In this document: piece by piece, positions 58,128 through 64,000 of the stretch | Layout of the letters: each line of letters starts with the position of its first letter | Numbering within the stretch: the first letter of the stretch is position 1 | NCBI RefSeq assembly: GCF_018977255.1 | Contig: NW_024704742.1 | Location: 57,476,001-57,540,000, forward strand | Length of the DNA: 64,000 nt | Origin: Callorhinchus milii | Taxonomy: Eukaryota | Direction: 5' to 3' | Program-made: the position numbers and the translations under genes | Notes under the pieces: generated by a model | Told to the model about the DNA's origin: nothing | Databases searched by the model: none | What the model saw: the letters and a program-made list of their open reading frames with translations, nothing else

Positions 58128-59164
58128 AATACATCAGTATTGTGTACATCAGTAAGGAGCACCAGACAAGTGGTCAGGGAAAAAATATAAATATTATGAT
58201 ACACAGAATTTTGGGGGGATATTCTCCCGACGTAAAAGGTGCTACATAATTTTACAATGTATGTGTGTTCATAGAAAACAAAATGTGGAAGTACAAAATA
58301 AAGAAGAAAACTAACTTATGCAGAAGGGTCTAATTTGTGGCATTTCTTATTTGAGATTCCCTAATTATACATTTTTAGACTTACTAAAAATAATGGGGAC
58401 TTGTGGTAATTATATAGCCCCTCAGAAACTCCGCCTGAAGTAATTTAGTTTTACAGAGAAGTTCATTCAGCTCAATAGGAACTCTAACTGAAATACTGTA
58501 ACTTAGACTACAATACAAATATATTAACAAAGCTCATCTGGGGAAGCCGGACAAGCACAGTGTGTAGAAATCTCAGTATTTCTGTGCGGTGGATAGAACA
58601 CTCAGCTGGAGGTCCCTTCTCCACCTTGGTGCGTTGCACTAGCTGGCAGTTTAATTTTGTGTGACTGGGTATATTTTCAGTAAAGGCAAGATCATGCTCA
58701 GCTGCGATGCCTTTGCTTAGTTCAACCTATAAATACAATTTGGTGTTGTTCATCTGCCCGCTAACTTGACTCACTTTGCAGGTACACATATGAAGAATGC
58801 CCATGAATCAACACTTTCAGAGTTGGAAGAAAAGTAAGCTCATTAGATTTGCCTTTCTGTTTTATCTGTGGCTCCTTCCTTTGTTTATCTATTTGATTTA
58901 CTCCTTTTATATTTCCACACTTTGCCATTTCCAATGGTATGCATTGTTCTTTTCTCTTTTTTGTTTTACTTTGCAAATTTCCCTTGTTTTATCTCTACAA
59001 TTTATTCTCTTTTTACGCTTTGCCTCTGTTTTAGTCTAATTTATTTTTCCTTGTCTTTGACTTTTTAATATTTTAACCAAGTTTCGCTATTGGTTTATTT
59101 TGCTTTTCTGTTATTTCTTTGCTTTGGTTTCTTTAACTCCTTATCAGTTCTTTGCAAGTTTTGC

Positions 59165-59406
59165 AATTTTTTTTACACACAGAGAATTGTTACGTTTTGG
59201 AATGCATTGCCTGAAAGGATGGTGGAAACAGATTCAATGACAATTTTCAAAAGGAAATTGGATAGGTAGTTGAAAAGGAAAAACTTGCAGGGATATGCTG
59301 AAAGAGCAGGGGAATGGGACTGAATGGGTAGCTCTTCCAAAGAGCTGGCACAGGCACAATGGACCGAATGGCGTCCTTCTGTGCTGTAATATTCTATGAT
59401 TCTATC
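59165..59406 (+). mobile_element. CR1 3' end fragment
   Basis: FTQRIV..WNALPERMVE motif and (ttctatga)n tail. Confidence 0.8.
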
Positions 59407-61105
59407 AAGTAAGATTAAGGCTAATTCTGGGCTAATGGTGCACTTAAGGCCATTGTGTTGTTATGCAAAAAAGAGGTGATTGCCTTTATAGCTCAATAGC
59501 CATTTCATTGCTCTTTTGATCTGTTGCTGGGTGACCCATGAATTTCGTTTCTAAGATTTAAAAGAATGCTGCATGTGTACTGCATCAGCACCTTGTCCTC
59601 CCGACGTGAAAGGCACTTTACAAATGTAACCTTGTTATTGTTGTTTTGTTATTGTTCGGAAGCTTTATCCCCACTCGATCTGGACAGCCTCAAATAGCCT
59701 GCTTTGAAAACTCGGCTTTGAACAGTAACTTGGCTTCTGGTTAAAGTTCCCAGTCCCACTCCACTGTATTGCATATACTCCACTATAGACTCTGTAGTTT
59801 CTGAAGCCAATTTTATTACAACTATGATAAAAAAATTAATATCTTGTGCTATCTCTGGTATTTCCTGTACTCTTGTCTATCTGTTGTTAGTGCCTGATTC
59901 AATCTGTGTCTTCTCCTCTCTCTCTGTTGCATACTAGGCCCTTTGACCCAATTCCCAGCCTAAATCCCAGAGATCTGGAAGGGAGAAGTTGAAGAATAAA
60001 GATTAAGGAGAAAAAGGACATAGCACAAGAGAAATAAACTAAATATAAGTCCAGAGAGGTGCAGAAAAGGAAAGTCAATAATCCTGAACCCAAGTGCTTG
60101 GAAGTATACAGAGTGACTCTGAGGTTGTCTCCCCTCCAAATTTTTCACTTGAGCTTTAATTGGTGCATAGTGACAAACCTGGAACTCAGCATCGACAGAC
60201 ATCTGGTGTCCTATCACTTATGAGGAACATATACTTTCTATAGAATAAGGATAAATTCTTTTTTCTAGTCTTTGTGATTTCATTTCTGTTTATTTCTTCC
60301 AGTTCCCAATGCAGATCATTCTAATACCACACAATAATCTTTAAAATAGTGAAGATGATTTTTTTAAAAAATACTGAATGTGCCAGTTATCTACGTTTTT
60401 TTGCATCTATACCACAATTACCCAAAACCCATTATTGGTCCTGATCTAATGAAGTAATGATAATAATCCTTGCATTTGATATAGTGCTTTTCACGTCTTC
60501 GACGTCTCAAAGCGCTTCACAGAATAGTAAAGTGAATTGACCGTATATTTGTGGGTGAAAAGTAAGGGGGTTTGGAAGTTACAGTGGGACTGAATGCTCT
60601 ACGGCACAGCAAATAAGACAATTCAACACCGAAAGGAGATATTCAGCTCAACAACTGTGCCCAGCTGACTCCCCACTGGAGCTTTCCATTGTAATTCATT
60701 TCATTGCTCTTCCATCATATTCCTTTAATCTGGAAGGATGAGATCAAATGGCTTTCTTCACATCCAAAACTCTCTCTTGTGAAAACAATTTTAATCTTTA
60801 TGTAATTCTCTTTTAAACCCTATCCTGAATATAAATCCTATTCTGGCAGACTCGGTAACAACTTTTAAGAGTCCAAGGTGCAATAAATTCAGATAGTCTC
60901 AATAGATTTGCATGAGGACATCACACAGCTCCAACAGTTCACACATGGTATACTCATTAAAACTTATAAGCCAAAAATGAATCAAGCTATAACATGTCTG
61001 AGAAAGTGTGCAGTTCAAGCATAAAGACCAAATAGTGAGAGCTCAAACTGAAATGTTTCAGATGTGCTTAAATACAGGACACGTTACAAAGTATTGGAGG
61101 GCAAA

Positions 61106-64000
61106 TAAGAACATAAAATAAGAACATAAGAAATGCTGTATGGGAAAAGACCAAGGTCATCTAGTTCGCCTTCTACCTTCCTGGTGGTCGCATGCATATA
61201 TGTCCCAAACTACCTATGTACTGTATCCAATAATGTTATTTCCTAAAAAACTATCTAATCTGTATTTGAAAGAATCAACACTTCCTCCTTTAACCGTCTC
61301 CCTAGGGAACCTGTTCCACAGCTTCACTATTCGCTCACTGAAATAGCGTTTGTGTAAATTCATTCTGAATTTACGCCCCTTCAATTGCAGGCCATGTCCT
61401 CTGGTTTTACTATTCTGGACAAGTTGAAACAGCCTGTCATGATCTATAATGTCTTGCCCCTTTAGAATCTTAAAGATAGCAATCATGTCACCTCTCAATC
61501 TTCTCTTTTTCAACGTGAATATACCCAATTTACTTAGTCATTCCTCATAGTCCAGTCCTCCCATTCCCTTCAAAATTTGGTTTCCCTCCTCTGAATCTTC
61601 TCAATTTCTCCAACATCTTTTTTGTACTGTGGCAATCAGAACTGTACACAGTACTCTAAGTATGATTTAACCAATAATTTATACAGTTGCAGGATTACCC
61701 CACTATTTCAGCTGCTATTGATCTTTTGATACATCCCAATGGTTTGCTTTACTCACTGCCACAGAGCACTGTTGGGAGAGCTTCAATTTATTGTCAATCA
61801 GGACCCCCAGGTCCTTTTCAATACGTATTATTTTGCTTCCATTTAAATAATAGTCCATTCTTGGATTTTTGGTCCACATGTGAATTATTGTACATTTCTT
61901 CACATTGAATTTCATTTACTACCGATCTGCCCAATTCCCAAGTATGTTTGAATCCTCCTGTGATCTATCTTGCTTAGCTTCGCAATCTACCACCTTCATT
62001 AGCTTGGTGTCATCTGCAAACTTAGCCACTGTGCTTGTGACTCCTAGTTTCAGATCATTTATAAAAATATTAAACAAAAGAGATCCTAAAACAGACCTTT
62101 CTGGAATTCCATTGGTATTATTTTCCCAGTCTGATGACATTCCCTTACTACGACCCTCTGGGTTCTTCCAGTCAACCAGTTGCGTATCCATTGTAATATA
62201 CCTCTGCTGATTTCCGCATTCTTTACTTTCAGTACCAGCCTCTCAAGAGGAACTGTGTTAAAGGTTTTACTGAAATCCAGATATACAACATCCACAGTCT
62301 TACCCTTAACAAGCTCCCTTGTCACACTATCAAAGAAAACCAGTAAATTAGATTGGCAAGACCTCCCCTGAAGCCATATTGGCTATCATTTATAATTTTA
62401 TTTCTGTCCAGATACTCCATGATTTTATCCTTAATAAGAATCTCCGTAATTTTATCCACAATATTCGTCAAACTTACTGGCCTTTAGTTTCCTGTGTCAC
62501 GTTTTGTTACCTTTCTTAAAAATAGGAGTAACATCTGCCTTTCTCCAGTCCCCCGGCACCTCTCCTGTATTCAGTGATTTTTGAAAGATTTGTGCCAGAG
62601 TTTCTGCGACTTCCTCCCTTAGTTCCTTAAGGATCCTCGGATGTGATTTATCAGGCCCATGAGATTTATTTTTGTTAAGTTTGCACAGCTGTTTGGCAAC
62701 CATGCTGGTAATGATATGAATAGTGTCACAACTTTCCTCTGCAACATTCTTGAGTTCTCTATCCAGATCAGATAGATTACCAGTCTTCTGCTTAGTAAAG
62801 ACTAATGAAAAAACTTATTTAGCACTATTGCAGCCTGTGAACCATTATCTGTCATCTTCTCTCCCGAACCCATCTTCAGTGGCCCTATTCCATTGCTTGT
62901 TTTTCTTTTACTCTTAATGTAACTAAAAAACATTTTGTTATTATTCTTCGCATCTCTTGTCATGTTCAGTTCAAAGCTTTTCTTTGCCATTCTGATGCCT
63001 TTTTTGCAGTTCTGGTATGCCTTCTGGTATTGAATCCGACTTCATTCTGTGCCATTTTCCTTCATGTTCTTAAATGCCTTTTTTTTTCCTCTTTATGATT
63101 TGCTATGTAGCCACAGTCAACCAGGCAGGAGAGCCTTTAAGCTTGGTACACATTGTTGTACCATTGCCTTCATAATGACCTCCTTGAAGGAACTCCATAG
63201 GTCTTTCACTTCCATTGCCATATTTAAGCCTGCCAGGACCACTCCGACTAGACTCATCAAGTGCACAAAGACCATCCTCTTGAAATTTAGCATTTTTGTT
63301 TTTGTTTTTATAACCTCACCAATTCTTGTGATGTCTAATTTGACTGAATTGTAATCGCTGTTGCCTAAAGCTTCTCTCACTTTTATGTTGGAGATTAGGT
63401 TATCCCTGTTACTGATTATCGAATCCAAGATGTTGTCTCCCCTTGTTGGCTCTTTTACAAACTGAGATATAAAACAGTCTTCCTTTAACTCTGGAAACCT
63501 CTTCACTATCTTACCAGTATTATTATTATCATACCAATCAATTTCAGGAAAGTTAAAATCTCCAATTACTATGGTTGGTTCCTTACTAGTCACCTTCCTT
63601 ACCTCACCCCACAGTTCCCTGCTGGATTGCCTTGGTGCATGGCACTACCTTGCCAGTTTCAGCCCTCTCCTACCCTACCACTAGCAAGGTCTCCTCTAAT
63701 ATGTCACTTATAAAGACCTCTCGCCCTAATACTTTAGTGCATGGCTAGTCACTCACTAAGGCTGACCACTTCAGCCTTGAATGAATCTACCAGCTTGCAG
63801 TTATTGCAGATGAATCCTTTCAAATCCTGGGCCTGGAAGGCAAACATCTCACAACCTCTGCAATGCACAAAGCACTCCATTGTTATATAAAATATACAAG
63901 AGGAAAAAAAATTCTCATCTGCACCTCCTTCCCCCACTGCACTGAATTCCCACTCTCACCAAATTCCTTAACAGAAGACTCACTCAGTTCCCTCCTCACT
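61106..64000 (-). mobile_element. CR1 LINE with internal deletion, running off the window edge
   Basis: ORF1 zinc finger [66 protein letters not shown]; (ttcttatg)n tail; esterase and APE N-terminus missing around 63600-63730. Confidence 0.93.

Noticed and set aside
58761..59160. Hydrophobic or Lys-rich ORFs in a T-rich tract
   Set aside because: Low-complexity composition with no splice or family support.
10892..60520. Many recurrences of aataatccttgcatttgatatag as a possible array
   Set aside because: Irregularly spaced SINE/L2 3' tails in both orientations; not CRISPR-like.

Overview
Eukaryotic (vertebrate) genomic DNA, most likely a cartilaginous fish and plausibly a chimaera, inferred from the repeat repertoire of tRNA-headed L2-tailed SINEs, Deu-domain SINEs, young L2 LINEs and CR1 LINEs. 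Two spliced genes converge tail-to-tail. On the + strand are the last four coding exons of ENPP6 (1568-8025). On the - strand are the last 19 coding exons of a CDHR2-like microvillar cadherin (51837 down to 10081; 887 aa in one consistent frame, all GT-AG introns, ending in the PDZ-binding motif STDL); its 5' exons were not found in the window. The introns are packed with retroelements (L2, CR1, one Tx1/Keno-like LINE, SINEs), often nested, plus three MITE-like DNA elements. No prokaryotic system, CRISPR array or genuine tRNA/rRNA gene is present. Most notable are the ENPP6-CDHR2 adjacency (possible retained ohnolog), a CR1 with a duplicated 5' monomer carrying a TATA(-30)/Inr promoter, an L2 nested inverted inside its own subfamily, and an unclassified repeat with a conserved core motif.
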